From assembly GCA_963816145.1 (NCBI GenBank), contig CAWFJP010000017.1, positions 192,001 to 256,000 of the forward strand: a DNA stretch of 64,000 nucleotides, given 5' to 3'. Every line of letters begins with the position of its first letter. Positions within the stretch are counted from its first letter, which is position 1. Below the pieces are notes generated by a model. That model saw only the letters and a program-made list of their open reading frames with translations, was not told the origin of the DNA and did no database searches. This document shows positions 1 to 9,647 of the stretch, piece after piece. Source of the DNA: an uncultured delta proteobacterium. GTDB taxonomy: Bacteria > Desulfobacterota > Binatia > UBA9968. The translations under genes were made by a program, and so were the position numbers.

Positions 1-2035
1 CGGCGCGGCGCACCTCGACGACTTTGTTGCCCTGAACGATTTGCAGATCCGTCTTCGCTGTCAGATTCAACAAATGGTCGACGAGCTCCGGAGCGCGTAG
101 CTCAGCCTGCTCCGGATCGGCCATGCGATAGTGCCAGGCAATGGTTTCTTCCTTTTCTTCAACGAAGCTACCGGGCAAGCGGTCGGCGAAGGTTTCCAAG
201 ACTCCGAGAATCTCGGGCTTCCACCCGCTCTGCGGTGCTTTGGCGCGTTGCCAATCTTGTCCCAACAACCGCAGCCACGCCCCATGCTCGGCGACAAACC
301 CGAGCGGGATTTCGCCGAGCCACGCCTCCAGCGTGCGCCGGTCCCGGCCGCTGGTAATGACAACCTTATTCTTGCGATCCGACGCGAGCCGACGAAGCAG
401 TGCGGACAACTCCCCGTCGGGTTTGGCCATCGACGGATCGCGCACCAGCGGCGTGAGCGTGCCGTCATAGTCCAAAAACAACAGGCGCGAGCGGCCGTTT
501 CTATAGCGCTCCTGAATCTCCCGTTTTGCTGCGGCCGGCAAAAGCTTCGACTCGATGCGGCTCTGCACTTCTTTCATGCCGACAAGCGCGCCGAGAAAAT
601 CGTCGGCCCAATGGCTTACGTCATAACGGCGCAGGCGCCGCTGCATCAGACGATTGCGCTTTTGTTGCTCCTCACTCGAAACTTCCAGCGCATCTTTCAA
701 GGCTGCGGCAATCTCCGCCCGATTGTTAGGATTAACGATAATCGCTTCAGGCAACTCCTTGGCGGCGCCGGCCATTTCGCTTAGGATCAAGACGCCACTG
801 CCGTCCGCGCGCGTCGCCAAGTACTCTTTCGCCACCAGGTTCATGCCGTCGCGCAGCGGCGTCACCAAACAGACGTCGCTCATCGAGTAGAGCGCGACCA
901 GGGAGCTGAACGGCACATGGCGGTATTGATACACTACAGGCGTCCAACCCACCCGGCCGAACCGGCCGTTGATTTTACCGACCAGCTCTTCCAATTGCCG
1001 TTTCATCAAATCATATTGCATGACGCCGATGCGCGACGGCACCACCACCATCAACAACGCCACATTGCCGTGATATTTCGGGTTGGATTCTAAAAACAGT
1101 TCGTAACCCTCCAACCGGTTCGATATACCCTTGGAGTAATCGAGGCGATCCACCGACAAGATAAGTTTGATGCCCGGCAGTGTCTCTCTCAGCTGCTTCG
1201 CTTCACGCTCGGTCTCTGAGTCGGCCGCAGCGCCCGCGAACCTTTCGTAATCGATTCCCATCGGATAGGTTTCGACTTTGACAACATGGTCCGGCGCCGA
1301 GATCTGGCCGAGCCGATGTTCATGGCCCAAAATACGCAGCACCGACTGCAGAAAGTGGTGCGTGTACTCGTGAGTATGGAAACCGACCAAGTCAGCGCCC
1401 AGCAAACCTTCGAGGATTTCCCTGCGCCATTCACCCGGCAGCAAGCGAAACACTTCGAAGGACGGAAATGGAATATGCAAGAAAAAGCCGACGGGTTGCT
1501 GCGGGTGACGCGCTTTCAGCAATCGCGGCAGCAGCATCAAATGGTAGTCATGCACCCAAACCACGTCGTCGGGCTTGAGCACCGACTCTAAAGCGTCGGC
1601 GAAAAGTTGATTGATCTGCTTGTACTGCTCCCAAAAGTTTGGCCGATAAAGCGCGTAGGTCGGAAAATAATGAAACAACGGCCAGATCGTTGCGTTACAA
1701 AAGCCCAGATAGAATTGCTCCATCTGTTCCTCTGACAGGAACACCGGAAAGGATTGGAACCGGTCGAGCGCTTCCCGAATTAACTTCCCGCGCAATTCGG
1801 CCGCGATGCTGCTCCCCGGCCAGCCCACCCAAAGACAACTCGATGGCAGCGCCGTGAGTTGTTTACGCGACTCGCGGACCGAGGCTAATCCCGTCACCAA
1901 TCCGCCGGCGCTCGGACGGAACGAAAGTTTTTCGCCCTCGATGCTTACGTTGAAGGGCAAACGGTTGGACACGATGACCAACCGCCGCCCCGCCAAGTCT
2001 GCGCGGGACGGGCGGTTTTGAGCATCGGTGACCAT
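1..2035 (-). CDS. otsAB: Bifunctional trehalose-6-phosphate synthase/phosphatase (GT20 + HAD), 3' end outside window
   Basis: Not in ORF track because it runs off the edge. Manual translation from ATG at 2035 gives ...RRLVIVSNRLPF...SAGGLVTGL; WVHDYHL, GFFLHIPFP and LSVDRLDYSKG motifs occur further on, and the HAD motif LFLDYDGTL lies near 455-485. The start overlaps the treT stop (TGATG). Confidence 0.93.
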   Translation of the reverse strand, partial: MVTDAQNRPSRADLAGRRLVIVSNRLPFNVSIEGEKLSFRPSAGGLVTGLASVRESRKQLTALPSSCLWVGWPGSSIAAELRGKLIREALDRFQSFPVFLSEEQMEQFYLGFCNATIWPLFHYFPTYALYRPNFWEQYKQINQLFADALESVLKPDDVVWVHDYHLMLLPRLLKARHPQQPVGFFLHIPFPSFEVFRLLPGEWRREILEGLLGADLVGFHTHEYTHHFLQSVLRILGHEHRLGQISAPDHVVKVETYPMGIDYERFAGAAADSETEREAKQLRETLPGIKLILSVDRLDYSKGISNRLEGYELFLESNPKYHGNVALLMVVVPSRIGVMQYDLMKRQLEELVGKINGRFGRVGWTPVVYQYRHVPFSSLVALYSMSDVCLVTPLRDGMNLVAKEYLATRADGSGVLILSEMAGAAKELPEAIIVNPNNRAEIAAALKDALEVSSEEQQKRNRLMQRRLRRYDVSHWADDFLGALVGMKEVQSRIESKLLPAAAKREIQERYRNGRSRLLFLDYDGTLTPLVRDPSMAKPDGELSALLRRLASDRKNKVVITSGRDRRTLEAWLGEIPLGFVAEHGAWLRLLGQDWQRAKAPQSGWKPEILGVLETFADRLPGSFVEEKEETIAWHYRMADPEQAELRAPELVDHLLNLTAKTDLQIVQGNKVVEVRRA

Positions 2036-3252
2036 CACAGGTAAACAACTTCTCCTTCCTCGAACAGCGACAGGAAGAGCAGCATGTAGTCTTTGATATG
2101 CCGGGTCAGCAAGAAATTATTGCGGACATGCTCTCGGCCGTTGATGCCGAGCCGGCGCGCATATTCGGGGGCACCGATCAACTGTTTGATCCACTGTGCC
2201 GTCCCCTCAACCGATCGCGTCAGAATACCGGAATACTTGTGCGCGATTTGCAGCGGGATCCCGCCGACCGCGCCGGCGATGGTAGGTTTACCCTTCCACA
2301 GCGCTTCGCTGACCGTCAAACCAAAGCCTTCTTTCAAAGATTTCTGCAAAATGATCGTCGAGCCCCGCTGCAGCGCGTTGATTTCGATATCGCTGGCGGG
2401 GGGGAGAAACAGCACGAAAACATCTTTGTCCTTGTCCGCCTCCTGCCGGACCTGCTCCATGATGATCGGACCTTCGGGATCGTCAGTCGCACCGCCACCG
2501 GCCAGCACGAGCTGCATATCGGTGTGCTCTTTGGCGAGCTTGTAGGCCTTGATCACCCCGATTGGATCTTTCAGATAGTCGAAACGAGAGATCTGCGTCA
2601 CCACCGGCCGCGAACGATCGATGCCAAAACGCGCAAACACAGAATCAATGGTTTTCTCATCCAACTCCTTGTTCTTGTCGCTCAACGGATCGATGGACGG
2701 TGCGATCAACACTTGGGGAATCGGCAATTGCTGCGAGAACGCCGGCGCGGAAAACACGGCGCTTTGATAGCGCAGAATAAACTGCCGCAAAAACTCCCAG
2801 ATCGGCGGATCGGGACGGGAAAAATCGATATGGCAGCGCCACACCCACTTATTGCCCAAGCTATCTCGGCGTTCGACCAACGCCACGGGTTGAGGGTCGT
2901 GAACGAACACAACGTCGCTGAACTGGAATTGTGCCGCGTTGTCGCGGTTCACTTCGAGAAAGTGCGCGTATTCGTCCGGCGCAACTTCTACCGGCACACC
3001 ATGAAGTCCATTATGAAATTTCTTGGTCGTAGCAAAAAACTTCTCATCGCCTTTAATCACATCCCATTTGGCGTCGACGCCCAACTGATTGAGCAACGGA
3101 ATCATGCGCGACAGAATCTCCGCCACGCCGCCGCCAACGGCGGTGGAGTTGATGTTTTGGATGGTCTTGCCGCGCAGCCGGTCAGCCAGCAGGTGGAGAT
3201 CCTCCACAGTGGCTTCACCGACAATCGGAATGTAATCTTCAATACGATTCAT
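2035..3252 (-). CDS. treT: Glycosyltransferring trehalose synthase (GT4, TreT-like)
   Basis: Motifs NSTAVGGGVAEIL, VHDPQP, WRCHID, QISRFDYLKDP and EGFGLTVSEALWKG. Confidence 0.88.
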   Translation of the reverse strand: MNRIEDYIPIVGEATVEDLHLLADRLRGKTIQNINSTAVGGGVAEILSRMIPLLNQLGVDAKWDVIKGDEKFFATTKKFHNGLHGVPVEVAPDEYAHFLEVNRDNAAQFQFSDVVFVHDPQPVALVERRDSLGNKWVWRCHIDFSRPDPPIWEFLRQFILRYQSAVFSAPAFSQQLPIPQVLIAPSIDPLSDKNKELDEKTIDSVFARFGIDRSRPVVTQISRFDYLKDPIGVIKAYKLAKEHTDMQLVLAGGGATDDPEGPIIMEQVRQEADKDKDVFVLFLPPASDIEINALQRGSTIILQKSLKEGFGLTVSEALWKGKPTIAGAVGGIPLQIAHKYSGILTRSVEGTAQWIKQLIGAPEYARRLGINGREHVRNNFLLTRHIKDYMLLFLSLFEEGEVVYL

Positions 3253-3880
3253 GTTGTTTCACCAACGCGACGATACGCTGCCGCAAGCCGTCCAGGGTAT
3301 AAGAGTAGGGGTCGAGCCGCTTGATTTGATCGGCGAGATTTGCCTTTCCCTGGTCGCGCAACCAACGGGAAAAATCGTTCTCGCCGGTTTTCAGCCGTAG
3401 CTTGGCGTCGAACATATGAAAGTAAATACTGCCAATGCTCACCTTGGCAATCTGTTCCGCAAATTCCGATAGATTGTGCGCCACATGCGCCGTTGGTAAA
3501 ACGAAAATCCGGCTGGCCATGAAGTGAAACTCCTCTCCCTCGTGGCATTCGTTGGCACGCCGCCGAGCGTCCGGATACTGTTCGAGGATCGCAATCAGCT
3601 TTTCGCGCAACCCGCTGACGTTGTGAAAACGCACCGTGTCCACGCTCCATAGCCGCTCGCCAAGGACGTCGTCACCGAGAACGTTGGTAACCCAATAAGC
3701 AAAATCGTTGGGCGGTTCCGGCGAGAGGAAATGATGCTGATTCAAGAACCGATGGGTATGATAGTAAATCGACCCATCGGGTACCGAACGGATACCGGTT
3801 AAGAGTTCGTCGATAGAGTGCGCCCGCAGACCCAAAAGCAAGGTTTGGTCGAGCTTGGTATAAAAGTGGAAATCTTGCAT
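3239..3880 (-). CDS. DUF5752 / OrfY-like protein with internal duplication
   Basis: Two similar halves (SIYYH...NDFAYWV and SIYFH...NDFSRWL). Overlaps the treT start by 14 bp. Start taken at MQDFHF. Confidence 0.8.
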   Translation of the reverse strand: MQDFHFYTKLDQTLLLGLRAHSIDELLTGIRSVPDGSIYYHTHRFLNQHHFLSPEPPNDFAYWVTNVLGDDVLGERLWSVDTVRFHNVSGLREKLIAILEQYPDARRRANECHEGEEFHFMASRIFVLPTAHVAHNLSEFAEQIAKVSIGSIYFHMFDAKLRLKTGENDFSRWLRDQGKANLADQIKRLDPYSYTLDGLRQRIVALVKQHESY

Positions 3881-4151
3881 AAGCAACCCCCGCCCGTGAA
3901 AGGACCGACCCTCCACACCCTCTGCCAAAGCTACCTTTGCACAGTATTACGCCGTCGAAGTCGAGTCCAGCGCGGCGACGGTCGTGGTTCACTTTGAATT
4001 TAGCCCGTCGGCACGGATCGAAATGGATTTCTCGCTTCGCTAGAAATGACAGATTCGGATCGCTACATCCCGAACGAAGATGAGGGATCTCACCAAACTA
4101 AACTTCTGTCGTAGCGACTCACTAAGACTGTTATCGTGCGTTCGCGGGCGG

Positions 4152-4751
4152 TCAGAATGTCCCTTTGACGCCGCCCGATCTTACGAAGCGGTCGCGGCGA
4201 TTCTTTTGCCAGCAGCTTTCCGTCGCGTCCCGGCACACCGGAATTTCTTCGCCGTAGCTAACCGTAGACAACCGGTTCTCGGCCACTCCTAAAGACGCTA
4301 GGTAATCTTTGGCGGCTTGCGCCCGCTTCGCTCCCAGAGCCAAGTTGTATTCGTTCGTGCCACGTTCATCGCAGTGCCCCTCGATTTGCGCGCGCGCCGA
4401 TGGATTCTTCTTTAACCATTCTGCGCTGGCACGCAAAGTAGCACGGTCGTCGTTGTCGAGATTGTACTGGTCGAAGTCGAAATAAACCTCTTTCATCGAG
4501 CTATCGGGTAGCGTGTTCGCAGCCTCGCCGCCGCGCAACGCGTCCAAGCTCGAGCGATCTTGGCCGCCTGGCAAATTCTTGTCGCTTAGAGCTTGCGATT
4601 TCGGAGCGCCCGCGCCCGCTTGCGCCGCGGACGACGGCGCTGGCCGGACTGCCGTGGTGCTTTTGCCTTGATCGGAGCTTGCACAAGCCGACAGCGCCAG
4701 GACCGCCGTGAACAGCGATCCGTAAATAGCCTGGTTTAAATGTTGTCCCAT
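4152..4751 (-). CDS. pal: Peptidoglycan-associated lipoprotein (Pal/OmpA-like)
   Basis: Lipobox LSAC; VYFDFD, IEGHCDERGTNEYNLALGAKRA, VSYGEE and NRR motifs; GGAGG RBS upstream. Confidence 0.88.
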   Translation of the reverse strand: MGQHLNQAIYGSLFTAVLALSACASSDQGKSTTAVRPAPSSAAQAGAGAPKSQALSDKNLPGGQDRSSLDALRGGEAANTLPDSSMKEVYFDFDQYNLDNDDRATLRASAEWLKKNPSARAQIEGHCDERGTNEYNLALGAKRAQAAKDYLASLGVAENRLSTVSYGEEIPVCRDATESCWQKNRRDRFVRSGGVKGTF

Positions 4752-4887
4752 CTCCAATACCTCCTTCTTCTTTTTTGAATTGATTCGAGTCGGTACTTGC
4801 CATCGCCCTTTTAATAGCGCGTTATAACACCGCGAGCGTTCGCCCAAACACGTTGACGCAAAGCGGCTGGTAAAGAAAGGTCTCGTA

Positions 4888-5709
4888 TCAACCGTAACTG
4901 AGCTCCGTGCTGGAAATGCTGACAAAGTTCACCGTCACGGCTTCGACACCAGGAATCATAGCTACGCTGCGCTGTACGTCTTCATCCGAAACCGCAGGCG
5001 AGACAATGCCCGACAGTCTTACCACTCCATACTTCACATCGACCTGAATATTCGCGTTGCGCAGGCCTGGATAAGTTAGCAAATGCGCTTGAATCTTAGC
5101 CGACAAAGCCAGATCGGTAATACGTTGCCGGGACTCGGCGGTGGCCTGATAGTCGCTCAGTTTCGCCGCTTGGGCGATCGTCTGCTGCGCCGAGGCGGCG
5201 CTCATTTGCGCCAGGTTCAATATCAGCGCGTATTGTCCTGGGTCGCGCCAGTCGGCGCCGAACAAGGCCATCAGCCGGCGCGCGCGCGCTTTTTCCACAT
5301 GCTCGATGTAATGGCGCGCGGCTTTCGCGTCGAGTCCCTGGCGCTCGCGTACTTGCGCGATGCGATAGTCCATTGGCGCCGTCAGCAAGACTCGCAGCAC
5401 ATGGCGAATCCCCGGCAGCAAACCATGGCCGACGTGGCCGTGGTAGACGATATCTTCCGCTAGCGCGGCCTCGGTCATCGCCGCCTGGAGCGCGATCTGA
5501 TAAGGCCGCAGATTTTCTTGCCAGCGCGCCCACCAGTGCGGCTCTTTTTCCAAGATATCGCTGAGTTTCGCTTCGGGAACCTCGCAGCGTTTGCTCGCCG
5601 CCAGCAAGATTTCGCGGCCGGCGAACGGGTATTCTAACGCGCACGCGACGCCGCGCGCGATCTGTTCGTCGTCGCCAAATGTGCCACCGAAGATAGTTAT
5701 GACCGGCAT
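4888..5709 (-). CDS. Cytidylate kinase-like family protein with C-terminal BON domain
   Basis: VITIFGGTFG, IVYHGHVGH, RVLLTAP and DPGQYALILN; C-terminal IQVDVKYGVVRLSG...IPGVEAV; AAGGAGG RBS before MPVIT. Confidence 0.75.
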   Translation of the reverse strand: MPVITIFGGTFGDDEQIARGVACALEYPFAGREILLAASKRCEVPEAKLSDILEKEPHWWARWQENLRPYQIALQAAMTEAALAEDIVYHGHVGHGLLPGIRHVLRVLLTAPMDYRIAQVRERQGLDAKAARHYIEHVEKARARRLMALFGADWRDPGQYALILNLAQMSAASAQQTIAQAAKLSDYQATAESRQRITDLALSAKIQAHLLTYPGLRNANIQVDVKYGVVRLSGIVSPAVSDEDVQRSVAMIPGVEAVTVNFVSISSTELSYG

Positions 5710-5758
5710 GGAAACGAACCTCCTTGGCCTTTTACCGCCGCAGCAGACTTTCAGCGAC

Positions 5759-6200
5759 CTAGCGTTCCGGTAGAAGGCCGGCACCGATGATCTGTTTAAA
5801 GATCGCAGCAATTTCAGGATCCCGGGGAATCTCTTGAATTACTTTCTCGTGCGCTTCAGGTACAAGCGGTGTCGCGTCTTCGCCAGCAAGCTTTCTATTC
5901 GCTTTGTGAAACTCCAGGTCCTCAGAGGTCTTGCGGAAACCTTGGCGGAGCATCTCGGCGCGCCCCTTGGGCATGCCCGGCGGAGCGATAAACGGCTGCC
6001 CAGTACGCTGGCAAACGCGCTGCATCGTCATCACCTTGCGTTCTTCACCCGAAGTGGCGAGACTCTCGAGCTCCGGCACATGGGTGAAACGGGGATGCCG
6101 GTCCCTCTTGAGAACGCCGATGGTCGCGTGAAAATCAACAAGTTCGTCTGCGAGCCACTTCCGATTGCGTCGAAACTCACTATCCGCACTGCTATTTCCG
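5759..6200 (-). pseudogene. C-terminal remnant of a Bug/TctC-family substrate-binding protein
   Basis: The frame reads RRNRKWLADELVDFHATIGVLKRDRHPRFTHVPELES...GQPFIAPPGMPKGRAEMLRQGFRK, resembling the C-terminal third of the neighbouring TctC proteins. There is an upstream in-frame stop and no N-terminus. Confidence 0.7.
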
Positions 6201-6242
6201 CTACCTTCATGCCCTCACACCACGAGCCCACGAACAGTTGAA

Positions 6243-7283
6243 CTATTTGCCAAGCAATTGCTTCATCTTCGCGACGATCTCCGGAGGTTGGCTCATTACC
6301 TCGTTGGCTAGTGTTTCCAATTCCTGGGCCGAGGTTGGATCGAATTCTAGTTTTCTCTTCTTGCCTACCGCTATCACCGATTCGTCGGCCAAAACTTTTT
6401 CAAACGCTTCTCGAATAATTTTCACGCGGTCGGCCGGAGTTTTTGGCGGAAGGACATAGGGCCGGCCAAACTGGCCGCCAGCCAATACCAAGGTTGTCAG
6501 ACTTCGGCCGGCGCTTGAGGTTTTGAATTGATCCATAAGCTCATAGATGGTTGGAGTGTCCGGCAGCCGGGCATCGCGCTTGTGCCCGGTCTGCACCAAA
6601 ACGCGGACAAAGTTATTCTTGCGCCAGCTTATGAACGGTTCGCGGGCAAAGAAAGCTGTAACGGTAAATGCGCGGCACGCCAACTCGCCTCTTTCGACCG
6701 CGAGGTCGATGTCCTGTCCCGCCTGGTAACCTAGGACGACATCGAACTTGGTTCCGACCACCTCATCTAATAGCTTCGGCACATAGTAGCCAGTTGAACT
6801 AGTGCCGCTAGCGCCGCATTTCGGCGGCGTCGAGGTTTTCATCACATCGTCGATGGTCTTATACGGGGTATCCGCGCGCATATAGAGCAAATGATTCGAA
6901 GTGACGGGGCTGCCGATCCAGATAAACTTGGCCCAATCATATTGAACTTCCTTTCGGCCGACGATTTGATCGAAATAGAGGGCGGGAAAAATTGCCCCTA
7001 TAGTCAACCCGTCGGGTGACGAAACGGAATAGAGATGGTTGGCGGCGATCATCGATCCAGCGCCGGGCATGTTTTGGACGATGATATTGGGATTGCCGGG
7101 GATGTATTTGGGCAGATGCTCTGCGAACAGACGTGCATATGTATCATAGACATCTCCCGCTTTGGTACCGGCGATAATCGTTATGGTTTTGCCGGCGTAA
7201 AAAGGCGCCTGCGCCATCGCCCTCGGCATCCACAGCGCTATTACGAGCGTCGTTAAAACTACGCTGGTCAATTGTTTAATCAT
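6243..7283 (-). CDS. Tripartite tricarboxylate transporter substrate-binding protein (Bug/TctC)
   Basis: Signal peptide; YAGKTITII, VQNMPGAGSMIAANHLY, PDGLT, LAVERGE and PYVLPPKTP motifs. Confidence 0.88.
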   Translation of the reverse strand: MIKQLTSVVLTTLVIALWMPRAMAQAPFYAGKTITIIAGTKAGDVYDTYARLFAEHLPKYIPGNPNIIVQNMPGAGSMIAANHLYSVSSPDGLTIGAIFPALYFDQIVGRKEVQYDWAKFIWIGSPVTSNHLLYMRADTPYKTIDDVMKTSTPPKCGASGTSSTGYYVPKLLDEVVGTKFDVVLGYQAGQDIDLAVERGELACRAFTVTAFFAREPFISWRKNNFVRVLVQTGHKRDARLPDTPTIYELMDQFKTSSAGRSLTTLVLAGGQFGRPYVLPPKTPADRVKIIREAFEKVLADESVIAVGKKRKLEFDPTSAQELETLANEVMSQPPEIVAKMKQLLGK

Positions 7284-7316
7284 AAATGACTCCCCTTGTT
7301 GATATCGGTTGCGCCG

Positions 7317-8360
7317 CTATTTTCTGCCAAGCAGCTTTTTCACCCGCGCGACAACGCCGGGCGGTTGGCTGACCATCCTCTCCGCCAGTTTTTGCAGATC
7401 TTCGCCGGAAACGAATTCAACTTCGAACTTTGCCTTCTTGGCCTCGTCCAGAAGCGCGGTGTCGGCCATCGCTTTGGCGTAGGCGTCACGCATCTCCTTG
7501 ACTCGCTCTTTCGGCGTTTCCGGCGGCATCACCCACGGCCGGCCGAAATCTCCGCCGCGCAAAATCACGTCGGCAACCCGCCGAGTTTCGTCCGGGATCT
7601 TCTCCTTGTCGAATATTTCGTAAATCGTCGGCGTGTCGGGAATCCGCGGGTCGCGCTTGACGCCGCCGTAAATCAGCACGTTCACGAAATTTTTTTTTCG
7701 CCAGGAGATAAATGGTTCACGTCCGAAAAACGGTGCGGCGGTCAGTCCGCGGCATTGGACCTCGTCTTTTTCCACCGCGAGATCGATCTCACTTCCCCCC
7801 GGATAGCCCAGCACCGTGTCGATTTTCGCGCCGAGCGTTTCTTCGAGCAGACGGGCTAAAATATAGTCGGTGCCCGCGGTCCCGGTGGAGCCGCATTTAG
7901 GGGGCGCGCTTGCGTTGCGGATATCCTCGATGGTTTTGAAGGGCGCGTCGGCGCGCATGTACATGAGCACCTCGCTCTTCTCCGGCGAGCCGATCCAGTT
8001 GAGCTTGCGCACGTCATATTGCACTTCCTTGCGGCCCACGAGTTGGTCCAAATACAAACCGTAGGAAAGCATCGCAACGGACAACCCATCGGGTTTCGCC
8101 ACGCCGTAGATGTTATTCGCGGCGATCATGCCCCCCGCTCCAGGCATGTTTTGCACGACCATCTCCGGATGGCCCGGCAAATATTTGGGCACATAGCGCG
8201 CTAGCAATCGCGACCAGCGGTCATAAAAACCGCCGGAGGTGAAGCCGACGATGATTTTAATCGTTTTCCCTTCATAGATTGCGTCCGCCGCATTGAGCCG
8301 TTGCGGCCCCGCGATAACTAGAATCGTCCCTAACAGCAGCGCCGAAAATGCAGAATTCAT
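7317..8360 (-). CDS. Bug/TctC-family substrate-binding protein
   Basis: YEGKTIKIIVGFTSGGFYD, VQNMPGAGG and PDGL motifs; GAAGGAG RBS before MNSAF. Confidence 0.88.
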   Translation of the reverse strand: MNSAFSALLLGTILVIAGPQRLNAADAIYEGKTIKIIVGFTSGGFYDRWSRLLARYVPKYLPGHPEMVVQNMPGAGGMIAANNIYGVAKPDGLSVAMLSYGLYLDQLVGRKEVQYDVRKLNWIGSPEKSEVLMYMRADAPFKTIEDIRNASAPPKCGSTGTAGTDYILARLLEETLGAKIDTVLGYPGGSEIDLAVEKDEVQCRGLTAAPFFGREPFISWRKKNFVNVLIYGGVKRDPRIPDTPTIYEIFDKEKIPDETRRVADVILRGGDFGRPWVMPPETPKERVKEMRDAYAKAMADTALLDEAKKAKFEVEFVSGEDLQKLAERMVSQPPGVVARVKKLLGRK

Positions 8361-8438
8361 ATCGTGCTCCTTCTCTCTGACCAATTCCCATTTTCGCAAT
8401 TTTCCAAGTTCCTCGTGTAGCTGAAAGACCCTCGAGAT

Positions 8439-8560
8439 TCAGCGCGCGGGCAAGTGTCTTTGCAGCTCCCGGCTCGACATGATCTCGCTTCCTGGGATAC
8501 GAGGATCGCGCATCTCGCGACGCAATCATTTTGAGCTTTTCTCATGGGAACGCTTGGTAC
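8439..8560 (-). pseudogene. C-terminal remnant of a paralog of the 9171-9614 protein
   Basis: The frame ending at 8439 reads LRREMRDPRIPGSEIMSSRELQRHL, versus FVRQLMNHPIEGSEIMTRRELQKRL in 9171-9614. An in-frame stop lies just upstream. Confidence 0.55.
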
Positions 8561-8565
8561 TTGGC

Positions 8566-8835
8566 TCACCTCTTTGAGTGCGCGGAACTTTGACGAACCT
8601 TTCCACCGCGGAACAAGTTGACATCCAGGAATGGGTATTTGGCGTGAAAACGATCAGCGACCTTTTTGCTTTGGCTCAATGTCATGGTCGTGTAATAAGA
8701 CACCGTACCCTCGCTTTTTGCCGCCTCGATGAGTTTTCCGTTAGCGCCCGCTTCGCAGGGAGAATTGAAGGCTGAGCCAAAAGGAACCACGATCGCAAGC
8801 AAAACCACCCATGCTGATTGGACTGTGCGTTCCAT
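8566..8835 (-). pseudogene. N-terminal remnant of an ABC (Fe3+/polyamine-type) extracellular solute-binding protein
   Basis: Signal peptide, then LIEAAKSEGTVSYYTTM...FHAKYPFLDVNLFRGG, ending after about 89 aa. Confidence 0.7.
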
Positions 8836-8866
8836 GACTGATTCCCCTTTTCTAACTAGGGCGAGG

Positions 8867-9165
8867 TCAATTCCGGCTTGTCTGCGCGCGCCCATATAAA
8901 TTGTCGATAAAACCGCTGCGTTTGAGATTGTTGGTAAAACGTAAATCGACAAAATCCTCCGCTCTCGTTTTCGCTGCTTTGGCATCCCACACGGTTTGGA
9001 CGGCTAGTGTCTCGCTTAAACCTGCGATCGACGGCGCTGTGTCTTCTTCCAGGAGATCGTTGTATGCATTCCAAGAACCTTCGAGAACGCTGGGTTTGCC
9101 ACCGCGCGTATATTTGGCCATGATCCCTTTCGGTTACGCCGCTGATGGGTTCGCGCAACAAATCA
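8867..9165 (-). pseudogene. C-terminal remnant of a NitT/TauT-type ABC substrate-binding protein
   Basis: IMAKYTR...PSIAGL...DAKAAKTRAEDFVDLRFTNNLKRSGFIDNLYG resembles the C-terminus of 27618-28586 (DPAAKRIKPEDMMDMRFVAEL). No N-terminus. Confidence 0.7.
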
Positions 9166-9170
9166 GCTAG

Positions 9171-9614
9171 TCAAAAGAAGTGTTTTAGAGGTTCTTGGCG
9201 TAATCGCTTCTGCAACTCGCGCCGTGTCATGATTTCGCTTCCTTCAATCGGATGGTTCATCAGTTGGCGGACAAAACGATCGGTTGACTGAGCGCCCTGC
9301 CGCAAAACGATAATGATCTTGATTACGGGGCACAGGTCTTTGAGACTAAGAATGGTTTCGGCGATGCTTAGAGTCGAACCCCGTGACAGAATCACCGCGC
9401 CTTCGAGTGCGTGATGGCGAACGCAGTCTAACGCTGACCGGCGATTTGCGGCACACACGACCTCATAACCGGCGGCGCGAAAACGTCGCTCTTGAACGTT
9501 ATTACGATCCACGCCAATCAGCATGATCTTTCCACGCTGGATGGGGGCGGTCGTAAGAGAATTCAGCGAGATTTGTTCGATCGGCGCTCCCCAGGGGTTG
9601 GGTTTGATCGCCAT
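9171..9614 (-). CDS. Hypothetical protein with degenerate receiver(REC)-like fold
   Basis: KIMLIGVD...FRAAGYEVVCAANRRSALDCVRHH...LKDLCPVIKIIIV resembles a receiver domain but has no phosphoacceptor Asp. Confidence 0.55.
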   Translation of the reverse strand: MAIKPNPWGAPIEQISLNSLTTAPIQRGKIMLIGVDRNNVQERRFRAAGYEVVCAANRRSALDCVRHHALEGAVILSRGSTLSIAETILSLKDLCPVIKIIIVLRQGAQSTDRFVRQLMNHPIEGSEIMTRRELQKRLRQEPLKHFF

Positions 9615-9647
9615 ACTTTCTCCGTGTTAGCGCCGCTTCAGCACCCG

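Noticed and set aside
2098-3324. 408-aa plus-strand ORF and many similar long antisense ORFs (e.g. 131-784, 10553-11269, 14252-15097, 22458-23360)
   Set aside because: They are shadows of well-supported opposite-strand genes in GC-rich DNA, with no recognisable motifs.
3935-3956. Possible sigma54 promoter for the trehalose operon
   Set aside because: GG-to-GC spacing is 11 nt rather than the required 10.
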